This document shows, in pieces, positions 12,328-24,640 of a stretch of DNA of 64,000 nt. The translations under genes and the position numbers were made by a program. Location: positions 14,694,001 through 14,758,000 of the forward strand of contig NC_073389.1 of the NCBI RefSeq assembly GCF_028641065.1, written 5' to 3'. The notes under the pieces are model-generated. The model was given only the letters and a program-made list of their open reading frames with translations, did no database searches and had not been told where the DNA came from. The DNA is from Leucoraja erinacea (lineage: Eukaryota). The first letter of the stretch is position 1; the number at the start of each line of letters is the position of its first letter.

Positions 12328-12655
12328 ATGTGTGGGAAAGAAGGAAATACGGATGTTGGTTTAAACACAAAAAGCTGGAGTCACTTAGCGGGTCAGGCAG
12401 CATCTCTGGAGAAAAGGAATAGGTGATGTTTCGGGTCGAGACCCTTCTTCAGACTGAGTCAGGGGAAAAGGGAAATGAGAGGTATAGATGGTGATGTAGA
12501 GAGAGAATGATGAATGCAAAAAAGTAATGATGATAAAGGAACCAGGCCATTGTTAGCTGTGGTAGACAAAAATGCTGGAGAAACTCAGCGGGTGAAGCAG
12601 CGTCTATGGAACGAAGGAATAGATGATGTTTTAGCCTGAAGAAGGGTCTGAAGAA
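12328..12655 (-). mobile_element. Two Penelope pLTR copies (two subfamilies)
   Basis: gctggagtcacttagcgggtcaggcagcatctctggag...gtttcgggtcgagacccttcttcagact, then gtagacaaaaatgctggagaaactcagcggg. Confidence 0.8.
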
Positions 12656-15400
12656 GAGCCATCAGCATAGCTCTACATTCTGCACTGACACACCTGGAAC
12701 GCCCTGGCTCATATGTGAGGATGTTATTTGTAGATTTTAGTTCTGCATTTAATACCATCATCCCCAGCAGAATGGTGGACAAACTGTCTGATCAGGGTGT
12801 TAATGCAAACACATGCAGATGGATGAAGGACTTCTTAACAGACCGCCCACAGACTGTCAGGATGGGGTCCAATTACTCCCCAGTCCTGACGCTCAGCACA
12901 GGAGCGCCACAAGGTTGTGTGCTGAGTACCATCTTGTATACAATATACACTTATGACTGCACACCAACACACAGTACAAACAGGATCATCAAGTTTGTGG
13001 ACGACACGACTGTGGTGGGACTGATAAACAACAACGACGAGTCTGCCTACAGAGATGAAGTCCAAAAACTGACTGTCTGGTGTACCAAAAACAACCTGGT
13101 ACTCAACCCATCAAAGCCAAAACAACTGGTCGTTGACTTCAGGAGGAAGAGTAGAGAGGAACCTGCTCCTTTATACATCAAAGGAGGCATGGTGGAGAGA
13201 GTCACTGGCTTTAAGTTCCTGGGAATAAACATCTCCCAGGACCTCAAATGGCAAATGAACACCGTCACTCTCATGAAGAAGTCACATCAGCGGTTGTATT
13301 TCCTGAGGTCTCTGCGGAGAGCAAACGTCTCACAGCCGCTGCTGCTGTCCTTCTACCGATGCGCCGTGGAAAGTATCCTCTCCTATGGCATCCTGGTGTG
13401 GTTTGCTAGCTGCACTGTGGCTGAGAGGAGGGCGCTGCAGAGAGTTATAAAAACTGCACAGAGCATTACAAACGCTCAACTGCCCTCCCTGTGTGATATA
13501 TAGAAACATAGAAACATAGAAACATAGAAATTAGGTGCAGGAGTAGGCCATTCGGCCCTTCGAGCCTGCACCGCCATTCAATATGATCATGGCTGATCAT
13601 CCAACTCAGTATCCCGTACTGCCTTCTCTCCATACCCCCTGATCCCCTTAGCCACAAGGGCCACATCTAACTCCCCTTAAATATAGCCAATGAACTGGCC
13701 TCGACTACCCTCTGTGGCAGAGAGTTCCAGAGATTCACCACTCTCTGTGTGAAAAACGTTCTTCTCATCTCGGTTTTAAAGGATTTCCCCCTTATCCTTA
13801 AGCTGTGACCCCTTGTCCTGGACTTCCCCAACATCGGGAACAATCTTCCTGCATCTAGCCTGTCCAACCCCTTAAGAATTTTATAAGTTTCTATAAGATC
13901 CCCTCTCAATCTCCTAAATTCTAGAGAGTATAAACCAAGTCTATCCAGTCTTTCTTCATAAGACAGTCCTGACATCCCAGGAATCAGTCTGGTGAACCTT
14001 CTCTGCACTCCCTCTATGGCAATATTGTCCTTCCTCAGATTTGGAGACCAAAACTGTACGCAATACTCCAGATGTGGTCTCACCAAGACCCTGTACAACT
14101 GCAGTAGAACCTCCCTGCTCCTATACTCAAATCCTTTTGCAATGAAAGCTAACATACCATTTGCTTTCTTTACTGCCTGCTGCACCTGCATGCCTACCTT
14201 CAATGACTGGTGTACCATGACACCCAGGTGTCGCTGCATCTCCCCCTTTCCCAATCGGCCACCATTTTGATAATAGTCTGCTTTCCCGTTTTTGCCACCA
14301 AAATGGATAACCTCACATTTATCCACATAATACTGCATCTGCCAAACATTTGCCCACTCACCCAGCCTACCCAAGTCACCTTGCAGTCTCCTAGCATCCT
14401 CCTCACAGCTAACACTGCCCCCCAGCTTAGTGTGATCCGCAAACCTGGAGATATTGCCTTAAATTCCCTCATCCAGATCATTAATATATATTGTAAATAG
14501 CTGGGGTCCCAGCACTGAGCCTTGCGGTACCCCACTAGTCACTGCCTGCCATTGTGAAAATGATCCGTTTACTCCTACTCTATGCTTCCTGTTTGCCAGC
14601 CGGTTCTCTATCCACATCAATACTGAACCCCCAATGCCATGTGCTTTAAGTTTGTATACATCTCTTATGTGGGACCTTGTCGAAAGCCTTCCGGAAGTCC
14701 AGATACACCACATCCACTGGTTCTCCCCTATCCACGCTACTAGTTACATCCTCGAAAAATTCTATAAGATTTGTCAGACATGATTTACCTTTCGTAAATC
14801 CATGCTGACTTTGTCCAATGATTTCACCACTTTCCAAATGTGCTGCTATCCCATCTTTAATAACTGACTCTAGCAGTTTCCCCACTACCGATGTTAGACT
14901 AACTGGTCTGTAATTCCCCGTTTTCTCTATCCCTCCCTTCTTAAAAAGTGGGGTTCGTTTGCTACCCGCCAATCCTCAGGAACTACTCCAGAATCTAAAG
15001 AGTTTTGAATGATTATTACTAATGCATCCACTATTTCTGGAGCTACTATATATATACTATATATATAGGGCCCGATGCTTGCGCCAGGCCACTAACATCA
15101 AGCAGGACACATCCCACCCTGCCAACCACCTTTTCACTCTGCTACCCTCTGGGAGGCGATTCAGGTCTCTGTAGACTAAAAAATAGGTTCTACCCATGTG
15201 TGATAAAATAACTTAATTCCAATAGAGAACACTGGAGAAGCAAAATGTAATTCTAAGAAATGCAACATTCTTTTAAAATTCTTTTAAAATACTTATTTAT
15301 TATTTTTATTAATAAGTGTACATATGTGTCAATGGTTGTCGTGTTTGTATTTTTTAACCGGAGGAGATGCAATGGAATTTCGTTGCACAGTATTGTGCCA
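12656..15400 (+). mobile_element. Rex1/Babar LINE (5'-truncated RT), split by a CR1 insertion
   Basis: ORF 12715..13503: [49 protein letters not shown]. The reading resumes after ~15060 as YRARCLRQATNIKQDTSHPANHLFTLLPSGRRFRSL. Confidence 0.92.
13500..15046 (-). mobile_element. Young CR1 (HER1-like) LINE, 5'-truncated, frameshifted
   Basis: [59 protein letters not shown](T), LVRPHLEYCVQFWSP. (tttctatg)n tail at 13500-13530. Confidence 0.95.
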
Positions 15401-15411
15401 AGATGATTTTG

Positions 15412-15650
15412 GGAGATCTCCCAGTTGCCAAACACTTTAATTCCCCTTCCCATTCCCACACTGACATTTCTGTCCTAGGCCTTCTCCATTGTCATAGTGA
15501 GGCCCAATGCAAATTATAGGAACAACAACTCGTATTTTGTTTGGGCATCTTACAACCCAGTGGTATGAACATTGATTTCTCTAACTTCAAGTAACCCTTG
15601 CATTCCCCCTCTCTCCATCCTTTCCCCACCCAAGTCGCACCAGGTTTAAA
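15412..15650 (+). mobile_element. Penelope GIY-YIG C-terminus/3' end
   Basis: DLPVAKHFNSPSHSHTDISVLGLLHCHSEAQCKL*EQQLVFCLGILQPSGMNIDFSNFK*; matches the end of the element at the window start. Confidence 0.88.
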
Positions 15651-15699
15651 GTAACTTCCTTTATCATAGACAGGGCAGAGAGTCTGAGACATTTTCACA

Positions 15700-16170
15700 G
15701 GACAGATATGTCAACTACTCGATGGTCTAGCTTAAGATGGGAGGGGAACATTTTGAAGGAGATTTATGAAGCAAAAAAAGGTGGTAGGTGCCTGGGGGAA
15801 ATGGTTGAAGTAGATGTGATAGTAATGTGTATAAGAGATCTTGACAAGCTTATGAACAGGTGAACAGATTTCACCCAGAGAGTTGTGAATCTGTGGAATT
15901 CTCTGCCATAGAAGACAGTGGAGGCCAATTCACTGGATGTTTTCAAAAGAGAGCTAGATATAGCTCTTCGGGCTAATGGAATCAAGGGATATGGGGAGGA
16001 AGCAGAAACTGGGTACTGATTTTGGATGAACAGTCTTGATCATATTGAATGGCGGTGCTGGCTCGAAAGGCCGAATGGCCTACTCCTGCACCTACTTTCT
16101 ACGTTTCTATGCTTTTAGAATAGAGAGGGATATAGACCACATGCAGGCAGATGGTCAGCAAAGGCATTGT
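15700..16170 (+). mobile_element. Nested CR1 3' fragments
   Basis: ttcacccagagagttgtgaatctgtggaattctctgcc...ggccgaatggcctactcctgcacc. Confidence 0.8.
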
Positions 16171-17059
16171 TGGCTCCTCAACTGTGTTTCTTTGGCCATT
16201 ACACCGAGGACTTCAGCAGAGAGGTAATGTGTAAAGCATCGTGAATGACTATCAACCAGATGGTTTTGCAAGCTCAGGCTTTTGTCTCTTTACTGAACAA
16301 TGTTCCCATAAAATATCTGCAGCACTGTAAAGTAGGTTTGACTGGAGATTGAAGTGCACCTTAAAAGCTTTGTGATAGAATCGATAGCAAACAGTCATTG
16401 CGCATTTAATTTGGGACTGTCAAGGAAACGATGGAGTCCCTGCGTTCATAAGGTGGTAGTGGCGGTGGTCATGGTGGTTGGTGTGCTTCATGGCTGGTCA
16501 GAGATAAGCACTTTGTGCGAGGGAGGGGAAGATTGGGGTCTGGGTTTTGTGGATCAGAGCAATTGCGGGGGAAATATTGTGCAGCGGTTTGGGCAGCTTG
16601 AAATGGAGCAGTAATTAATCAGACGTGGGAGAGAAGCATTATTCAAATGTGCTCGCTCTGTAAGTGTCCACAGCAGACATTACTTAGAGCAATGTACATT
16701 CATTTCCTTGGCATAGCTCCAACAGTAGCATTACATGATGAATGACATCATTCCACACACGAGTGGTGTGGAAACTGTGTCAGGTGCATAAAAGAGGATC
16801 TGCAACTGCAGATGACCAATGAAATATCTGGGGTGGCCTGACTCGACCTGGAAGTGGTTGTAATTTGGTCCAGGTCCCGAGAGCATGGCAACGACAAAAG
16901 GCAGAAGCAAATTTAAATAAAAATTAAATGTTGAAATCAGTCTGCCACTGACATTTCACAATGGAAAATCATCCTTGCCTACATTCCTGCAAACCCGAAG
17001 AGGAATCCGACCTATAGTATTTGGAGCAACACTCACTGAAGGAGACTAATATATTCATC

Positions 17060-17350
17060 AGCCTGAAGAAGGGGGCTACCCGAAACGTCACCTATCTGTG
17101 CTCTCCAGAGAAACTGCCTGACCTGATGAGTTACTCCAACACTTTTTTGTAAACTAGCATCTGCAGTTCCTTGTATCTCCTTTTTTGCTGCACTCCTCAA
17201 TCTATGCCCACTTTGAAGTTCTCCATTAAGCCTGAAAAAGGGTCCTGATACTGGACATCACCTATCCAAGTTCTTCAGAAATACTCCAGTTACTCCAGCA
17301 CGTGTGTCTTTTTTTTGTAAACCAGCATCTAAAGTTCCTTGCATCTCACA
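17060..17350 (+). mobile_element. Two same-orientation Penelope pLTR copies
   Basis: gcctgaagaaggg...gaaacgtcacctatc at 17061, and gcctgaaaaagggtcc...catcacctatcc at 17230. Confidence 0.8.
17063..17089 (+). ncRNA. Minimal hammerhead ribozyme core (PLE-type)
   Basis: CUGAAGA-A-GGG(GGCUA)CCC-GAAA-C-GUC with all conserved core nucleotides present. Stem I is weak, so activity is uncertain. Confidence 0.6.
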
Positions 17351-18415
17351 TTTTTTACGTCTGTAAGTCAATAGCATTCGAAAAATGGCAATGAAAATAA
17401 ATGCAGAACACAGAAATTCAAACACCCACAAAGAGCATTCAGTGAATTACAGAGACCTTGTTTGATTTCTCGATGTTGCAGAATTACTGCAGGATATGGC
17501 CATCCAGTATTCACTGAACTGTTTCAAACTATTTGACAGCCTGGTCAAATATGTGCAAAATATCCACGTGAACAAATGCAGTATAAAATGTATTAACCTG
17601 TCATTGTTGTCACCTTTGGGGTGTATAACACGCAATGTCTATGCTGGAGTTTTTGTTCTGTTGTTGAATTGGAAATGACTTTTTTTTCCTTGAATGCGTT
17701 GTCAGTGAAAAATACTTTGATAACCAAGTGGGTCGACTTTCAGGGAGAGCCACACTCGTTTGTTTTCCCGTACACAGCCTGAGGCATTTGTTGAAATCTG
17801 AAAAATACACTTTTGCAAGAGCCATTTTGTTAATTAGATTGCGTGCATTAGGTAATTTTTAATAAGCTCCATCCAAGTGAAGCTTAAGACAATTGCCCCC
17901 TGAATAGATTAAAAACTTATGTCTGGAACAAAACGGAACAAAAATTAATCACTGCTATTCTCCAGAAACAAATGTCTAATTATAGAGTTTAAAATCATAA
18001 AGTACAATTGTTGACATTGAGGTTGTGACAGCCTTTGGTATTTTCACTCTTGGCTGTGTTCAGAAATATTGAAATTGAGTGCTCTTATTTAAATAGATGC
18101 TGACTATTCCAGTCACCTTTGATGCACCCATCTGAAATATTCATTGAAGCTTCAATCATTTCTTCCTGGGAGATTATTTTCTCCTGATTTTCTTTTGTCA
18201 GAAGTCCCACCGTGACTGGCAGAGCTTATTCTCCCTGCAGTGGTTTTCATGTCTCTCTTGACAGGGACAACAACTCGGATTTCTGAAGCAACTTTTGAAA
18301 GGAGAAAGATATTGCTGTTATTCAAGAAAAGATGAGCACAAGGCATGAGAGGGAAGAAGTGGATAAGAAGGAAGCCCACTCACTTCTCTGGGTCAGTTGT
18401 AATTGAGGGATCTAA

Positions 18416-18768
18416 AGGACCTGTCCCACTGTACGAGGTAAATCAAGAGTTCTCCCGAGTTTTCCCCTGATTCGAACTCGGAGAATGTCCATAGTGGGAC
18501 CGTAGGAGTTTGCGGATGTCTCATAGGGGCTCGTACGAGTAACGGTAGGTACTCTGGAAATCCGGTAAACTCGTGACGTTTTTTCAACACTGAAAAATGT
18601 CCACGAGTAAAAAAACACTCGCATTTTTTTTTTTTTTTTTTTTTACTTTTTACTCGTACGGGCCGCTATGAGGTATCCATGAACTCCTACGGACCTGCTA
18701 CGGATATTCTCCAAGTTCGAATCGGGGGAAAACTAGGCAGAACTCTTGAATTACGTCAGACAGGCCCT
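18416..18768. mobile_element. Non-autonomous DNA transposon (MITE), PIF/Harbinger-like, long TIRs
   Basis: aggacctgtcccact...gacaggccct with ~120-bp imperfect inverted arms (tcaagagttctcccgagttttcccc / ggggaaaactaggcagaactcttga). Flanks TAA and TTA. Confidence 0.8.
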
Positions 18769-18779
18769 TTAGCATTTAG

Positions 18780-19090
18780 CAGCAAGGAAATAGGTTCTTC
18801 AGGCATTTGTGTTTGTGCCAACTTTGCAGCATTAATCCGACACAAGTCCCATTTAATTCTCTCCGCATTCCTATCAACATCTTGGTCACATTGGCACCAG
18901 GGCAATTTACAATGGCATTTAACCTCCCAGCCAGCCCTTCCTGGATAGGGAGCCGGAATATCCAGAGGAAACCCATGCGGTCAGAAGGAGGACATGTAAA
19001 CTGCACACAACGAGCATGGGAGGGCAAGATTGAACCCACGTCAATGGTGCTGTGAGGTAGCAGTTGTACTAGCTGTGCCACTTGGCCACC
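18780..19090 (-). mobile_element. Diverged V-SINE
   Basis: ggcaatttacaatggc...gagccggaatatccagaggaaacccatgcggtca...tgtgaggtagcagttgtactagctgtgccac. Confidence 0.65.
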
Positions 19091-19194
19091 CAGAGTGCTC
19101 GACTCATCTGATACGCCACACCAAAGATCCAGGCAGGAAAGCACCGTGAGGGTTCAACGTCACAATGTGTTATATCCATGCGACTCCATCTCAA

Positions 19195-19797
19195 GGTCAA
19201 TAGACAATAGGTGCATGAATAGGCCATTCAGCCCTTCGAGCCAGCACCGCCATTCAATGTGATCATGGCTGATCATCCCCAATCTGTACCCCATTCCTGC
19301 CTTCTCCCCATATCCCCTGACTCTGTTATCTTTAAGAGCCCTATCTAGCTCTCTCCAGTACCCAGAGAACCGGCCTCCACCGCCCTCTGAGGCAGAGAAT
19401 TCCACAGACTCACAACTCCCTGTGAGAAAAAGTGTTTCCTCGTCTCTGATCTAAATGGCCCCTTATTCTTAAACTGGGGCCCCTGGTTCTGGACTCCCCC
19501 AACATCGGGAACATGATTCCTGCCTCTAGCGTGTCCAAACCCTTAACAATCTTATATGTCTCAATAAGATCCCTTCTCATCCTTCTAAACTCCAGAATAT
19601 ACAAGCCCAGCCGCTCCATTCTCTCAGCATATGATAGTCCCGCCATCCCGGAAATTAACCGTGTAAATCTACGCTGCACTCCCTTAATAGCAAGAATGTC
19701 CTTCCTCAAATTAGGGAACCAAAACTGCACACAATACTCCAGGTGTGGTCTCACTAGGGCCCTGTCCAACTGCAGAAAGATCTCTTTGCTCCTACAC
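19195..19797 (-). mobile_element. CR1 LINE 3' fragment
   Basis: ALVRPHLEYCVQFWFPNLRKDILAIKGVQRRFTRLI...DLIETYKIVKGLD, plus the CR1 3'UTR. Confidence 0.93.
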
Positions 19798-20426
19798 TCA
19801 ACATCAAAGTTGCCTTTGACAGGGGCAAGGCTAGGGTGGAGTGTCATAGCCAGGAGGGGCATTTTAACATCCATGGAGTACAAGGCATGAGAGGGAAGAA
19901 GTGGATTAGAAGGATGCCACAGCTTACCCCTACTCTCACTTCTCTGGGCCACTTGTGGTTGCAGCATCTTAGAGCAAGGAAACAGGTTCTTCATTAAAAC
20001 AAAAAATGAAACAAAAAGTCATAAAGCACAAAAAAATAATAAAACTGAATAAAATATAAGCAAAATATTACCTACTTATTTTACTCCTCGTCGTCAGATT
20101 GTGGATTTTCATCCAAATGCTCTCGGCTGCACCCTATGTCATTTCTGGTTAATGAGGGATGATAAGGGTTAATTCCCTGGTGAATTTCCCCATGAATCAG
20201 GATTGTTGCCATCATCAACAAAGCCGAGCCGACTGATCCCTGGGAACACTAAAAGCTGCAGCCAACAGGATGATTCCCAAAGTGTTTTTAGAAGTTGTCA
20301 AAGAAGAGTTTGTGACGTGGAGCTATTTAATAGGCAGCTCTGGACATGAAGGGTATAATGGGTAAAAGTGTGGCTATTTGTGGGAGAGAGAAGAGTGAAG
20401 AATAAGCTGTAATGCAGGATGTCTAA

Positions 20427-20719
20427 AGGGCCTGTCCCACTTTCCCGAGTTTCTCACGAATTCTCCCGCGTTTTCCCCTTAATTCAAATTCGGAGAATGT
20501 CCGTAGCGAGTCAATAGGCATCCGTAGATATATCGTAGCGGCTTGTTGTGCCAGCCATAGGTACTCGGGGCATCTGGTAAGTCGGGGCGTTTTTTCCAGC
20601 ATGTCAAAAAAGTCCATGAGTAAACAGATAGTCGGGTGGAGGTAGATCACAAAAATCTTGATTTTTTTTTTAAGGTCCTTTCAACTTAGCAGAGGAATCA
20701 GGGAAGTGGGACAGGCCCT
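20427..20719. mobile_element. MITE, PIF/Harbinger-like, perfect TAA TSD
   Basis: TAA|agggcctgtcccactt...aagtgggacaggccct|TAA. The left part is related to 18416-18768. Confidence 0.85.
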
Positions 20720-21029
20720 TAAGGAATGTTGCAAATCAGTAGGACCAATAATTTGGAACATATCAATTGTGCTTGGCTCTGACAGAGGGGCTGGTAAGAT
20801 TTGTTAAGGGCAGGGGTGAGAGATTTGTGGAACCTCGTGCTGGTGAGGTTGTGCACCATTATGATTGCAACATTGTGAATCAGATATAATGAATCTGTAC
20901 CGGATGCCACCATTGAGGTCATGCTTTAGAGCAATAAAGTGTGAATTAAGGTTTATGCACCAGTCAATGTTAAGGGGAGGTCGAGAAAAACAGTATTTCA
21001 GGATCAATATATTCCTAGTGAAGAATCAT

Positions 21030-21500
21030 ATTGGTGACACAGTGACGCAGCAGTAGATCTGCTGCCTCATGGTGCCAGAAACCCGGGGTCGATCCTGACC
21101 CCAGGTTCTGTCTGTGTGGAGTTTGCAATTTTTCCCCATGACCATGTAATCTCCAGGTACTCTGAGTTCCTCCCACGTCCCAAAGATGTGCGGGTCTGTA
21201 AATGGCTCCTAGTGTGTACAGAGTGGATGTGAAAGTGGGATAACATGGAACATTTTCAAGAGAGAGTTAGATTTAGCTCTTGGGGCTAAAGGAATCGAGG
21301 GATATGGGGAGAAAGCAGGAATGAGGTACTGAGTTTAGATGATCAGCCATGATCATATTGAATGGAGGTGCTGGCTTGAAAGGCTGAATGGCTTACTCCT
21401 GCACCAATTTATCTTTGTTTCTAACTAGGGTGAACAGGAGGTTGATGGTCGTTGTGGACATGGTGGTCCTGTTTCCATGCTGTATCTCTAAATAAAACTA
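21030..21500 (+). mobile_element. V-SINE with nested CR1 3' fragment (~21250-21420)
   Basis: Head ggtgacacagtgacgcagcagtag...gggtcgatcctgacc; V-domain ttcctcccacgtcccaaaga; tail ctgtatctctaaa. Confidence 0.8.
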
Positions 21501-21572
21501 ATCAATTGTTTACAGCTTTGAATGCATGAGATCACTGTTGATCTGGAGCTTGCCAGCACCCGAGGTGGCCCA

Positions 21573-21885
21573 CTTTAGTTTAGTTTTGAGATACAGTGCG
21601 GAAACAGGCCCTTCGACCCACCAAGTCCGCGCCGACCAACGATCCCCGCACATTAACACTGTCCTACACATACTAAGGACAATTTACACATACAGCAAGC
21701 CAATTAACCTACATACCTGTACGTCTTTGGAGTGTGGGAGCGAACCGAAGATCTCGTAGAAAACCCACGCGGTCACAGGGAAAACGCGCAAACTCAGTAT
21801 GGGCAGCACCTGTAGTCGGGATCGAACTCGGGTCTCTGGCGCTGCACTGCTGTAAGGCAGGAACTCTGCCGCTGCACCACGTGCC
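21573..21885 (-). mobile_element. V-SINE (HE1-like)
   Basis: tttagtttagttttgagatacagtgcggaaacaggccc...tgtaaggcaggaactctgccgctgcaccac. Confidence 0.88.
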
Positions 21886-22677
21886 CCCTTCCAGTGCTCT
21901 GTGTGGAATTCAAAATAATGGACCGAGCAGTGTTCAGGTCTAGTCTCCAGTCAGTGAAGTGCAGGTTGCTAACAGCAGGGCCATAATTTGCACATTGCAA
22001 CAAACCTCACCACCTCTCTTTTGGTCAGCACAAAATTATAGTAGGCCTTAGTTCCTTTTACAGTGCAGCTTCAGAATGTGCATCTGGGGTATTGCACAAG
22101 GCGAGGCAATATCTATTATGTACACAATTGGTTGAGGAAGGGGAGGGACAGCAGGGGACACGCCATTTTAGTTTCAATGCCTCTTTGAGGTGTGGCCTAG
22201 GAACATAGAAAAAATATGCAAATGCACTTCCCTCTTCCCCTCTTCAGTCTCTAACTTAAATTCTAGCTTATCAATTCTAAAATGTTGATCACTTCTCAAA
22301 TGTTGACATCTATAAATTCCAACATACTGAAATCCATGCCCACAGTTTGCTCTGTGATGCTTTGATACATGTAATTTATATCCAGTTTAAACTATTTATT
22401 ATGCAATAATTTATGGTAGGAGTTGGCCATTGACAAAAGTTCAAATATTTATTGCCTCAAGGTTACACAGCTGTTGCAAGTACCAAAGGCAGAGCATGGC
22501 ACTTACTTTCCTGTTTCATACATAATTCTGTGGACGGTATATTCTTTACAATCTGTTTGCAAATTCCATATTTTCCTTTAGGCATTGAAGGAGGCCACTG
22601 AATCTGTGCCAGCTCATAGAGTAATCCCATTCCCTTTGTAGTGTTTCCAGTGAGCAATTCTCGACACCAAGCTTACT

Positions 22678-22912
22678 GGAGATACAGCGTGGAAACAGGC
22701 CCTTCGGCCCACCGAGTCCATGCCGACCACGATCACCCGTAAACTACTTCTGTCCGACACACTAGGGTCAATTTACAGAAGCCATTCAAACTACAAGCCT
22801 GTACGTCTTTGGAATGTGGGAGGAAATTGAAGCACGTGGAGAAAACCTACACAGTCACAGGAAGAACGTACAAACTCCACACAGACAGCACCCAGAGTCA
22901 GGATTGAACCTG
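22678..22912 (-). mobile_element. V-SINE, head truncated
   Basis: gagatacagcgtggaaacaggcccttcggccc...gtcaggattgaacc. Confidence 0.85.
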
Positions 22913-23754
22913 TAGGACAGTGTAGTGTATATAATAGTAACTGTAACTTTAAGAACTGAGTACCAGAATGGGGTGATTTGTGTCATGTGATATATTCATT
23001 ATCATATCGGTCTCGTAAATATGTGATGATGTGCAGTGTACTTTTGTAAAATAAAGAAGACCCACACTTGCAACATCTTGTACTGAAAACCTGTGCTTGT
23101 TTCTATCTACATGCTACTGCCGTCATATCTTACAGGCAGCAACTGTATCTCTGCACCAGTGTGCCACAACTGCGTCGCATTTTTAAAAACTTATTCACTC
23201 TTGTACTTTATGGTAGACCAGTCAGCAATTAAATATAGATTGTTAATGTTTCTGGTCAAAGACTCATTGTGTGTATTCCCGATCTTTGTCAACCTTCTCA
23301 AAATGTATTGACATGCACTCATTAAAACTGAATTGAATAGCTCCCCATCTATCCACAAAATCAACCTGTATGTTTTCCTGAAGGTTTTCAAAGTTTTCAC
23401 TGTTTGCTGCACCTCCTCCTTGTATCTCATCAGCAAATTTTGTTATGCGTCTTAACATAATGCAAATAAGATTCCATTGTTCTGTTGTCAGTAGATATGA
23501 CAGCTAAACACTCTTAATTCCTGGCTTCATCATCTCAGCACAATTGCTGGTTTGAAGCTGACATTGGCAGTGTATTCTGTTTAACTACAATCCTTTGCTA
23601 TTTTGAACAGAATCCCTCGTTGGCTCAATCTATTTATAAAACACTCACTATTTCTTCTCACAACCTGTTCCAACAGAGGTCACTGCTTTATAATCCAGGA
23701 AAGGAAATCCAACCAATTTCCTCTGCTCTAGCTGGAAGACACTGGCAATGATTA

Positions 23755-23957
23755 TGTGCAGGGAGGAACTGCAGATGCTGGTTCAAACTGAAGACAGACA
23801 CAAAAAGCTGGAGTAAATCAGTGGGTCAGGCAGTATATCTGGAGAAAATAAATAGGTGACGTTTCGGGTCAAGATCCTTCTTCAGAATTCAGGTCTGAAG
23901 AAGGGTCTCAACCCAATAACGTCACCTATTCCTTGTCTCCAGAGATGCTGCCTGACC
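23755..23957. mobile_element. Head-to-head pLTR palindrome with two hammerhead-like cores
   Basis: ...gacgtttcgggtcaagatccttcttcaga|attcag|gtctgaagaagggtctcaaccc... Degenerate TSD cactggcaatgatta (23740-23754) and cactgccactgatta (23958-23972). Confidence 0.85.
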
Positions 23958-24329
23958 CACTGCCACTGATTACCTATAAATACTGATATGCCACTGCTCC
24001 TGGTCAAATGATCTAATTCAGTGCTTAACTTGGGGTCTTCCTGTTTGGTGTTGTTTAATGTTACACCATACGTTGAGCCACCAGGGAGAATGAACATTGT
24101 TGTACTTTTCTCCTCCAAAGAATGGGGGAACAAATTTAGAACTTGCACTTAACTAACCTGCATTGTCCCACTTTCTAATATAGAATTCAGCTCTGAAGGA
24201 CTGAGTTACACAAGCCCTCCCATACCAATGTTTCTAATTGCCAAAGTCGCCCAGAGGTGGGATTGTGGAAATCAAATTGGCATTTTCTGAGACATCATTG
24301 TTTTTACAAATGCATGTTGATTAGTTTTA

Positions 24330-24640
24330 TATTTGAGGTGTTTTCCTGATACAAGCCCTTCAATAATATGATTGTCCATCCCATATTGCCCTCTGATCCA
24401 AGTAGCATGTCAGCAAATTAAGAGCCAACTATATTAGTACATCTGGAGTCGCATGTAGGCTAGACGAGTTACATCTGACAGATTTATTTCACTGAAGATA
24501 TATGTGAACTAGATAAGTTTTGATGACAATGGACAGCACTGCAACATTAGCATTTTCATTCCAGGTTGCCAAGTGCCCCAACTTCCATGGTGAGTCACAA
24601 ACCCTTGCCTGTGGATCAGTCCCGTAATTTAACCACATAT
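24330..24640 (-). mobile_element. Older second SINE family copy
   Basis: attgtccatcccatattgccct...tctggagtcgcatgtaggctagac...ttttgatgacaat. Confidence 0.5.

Noticed and set aside
12715-14972. Long ORFs as host genes
   Set aside because: They are Rex1 and CR1 reverse-transcriptase fragments, truncated or frameshifted.
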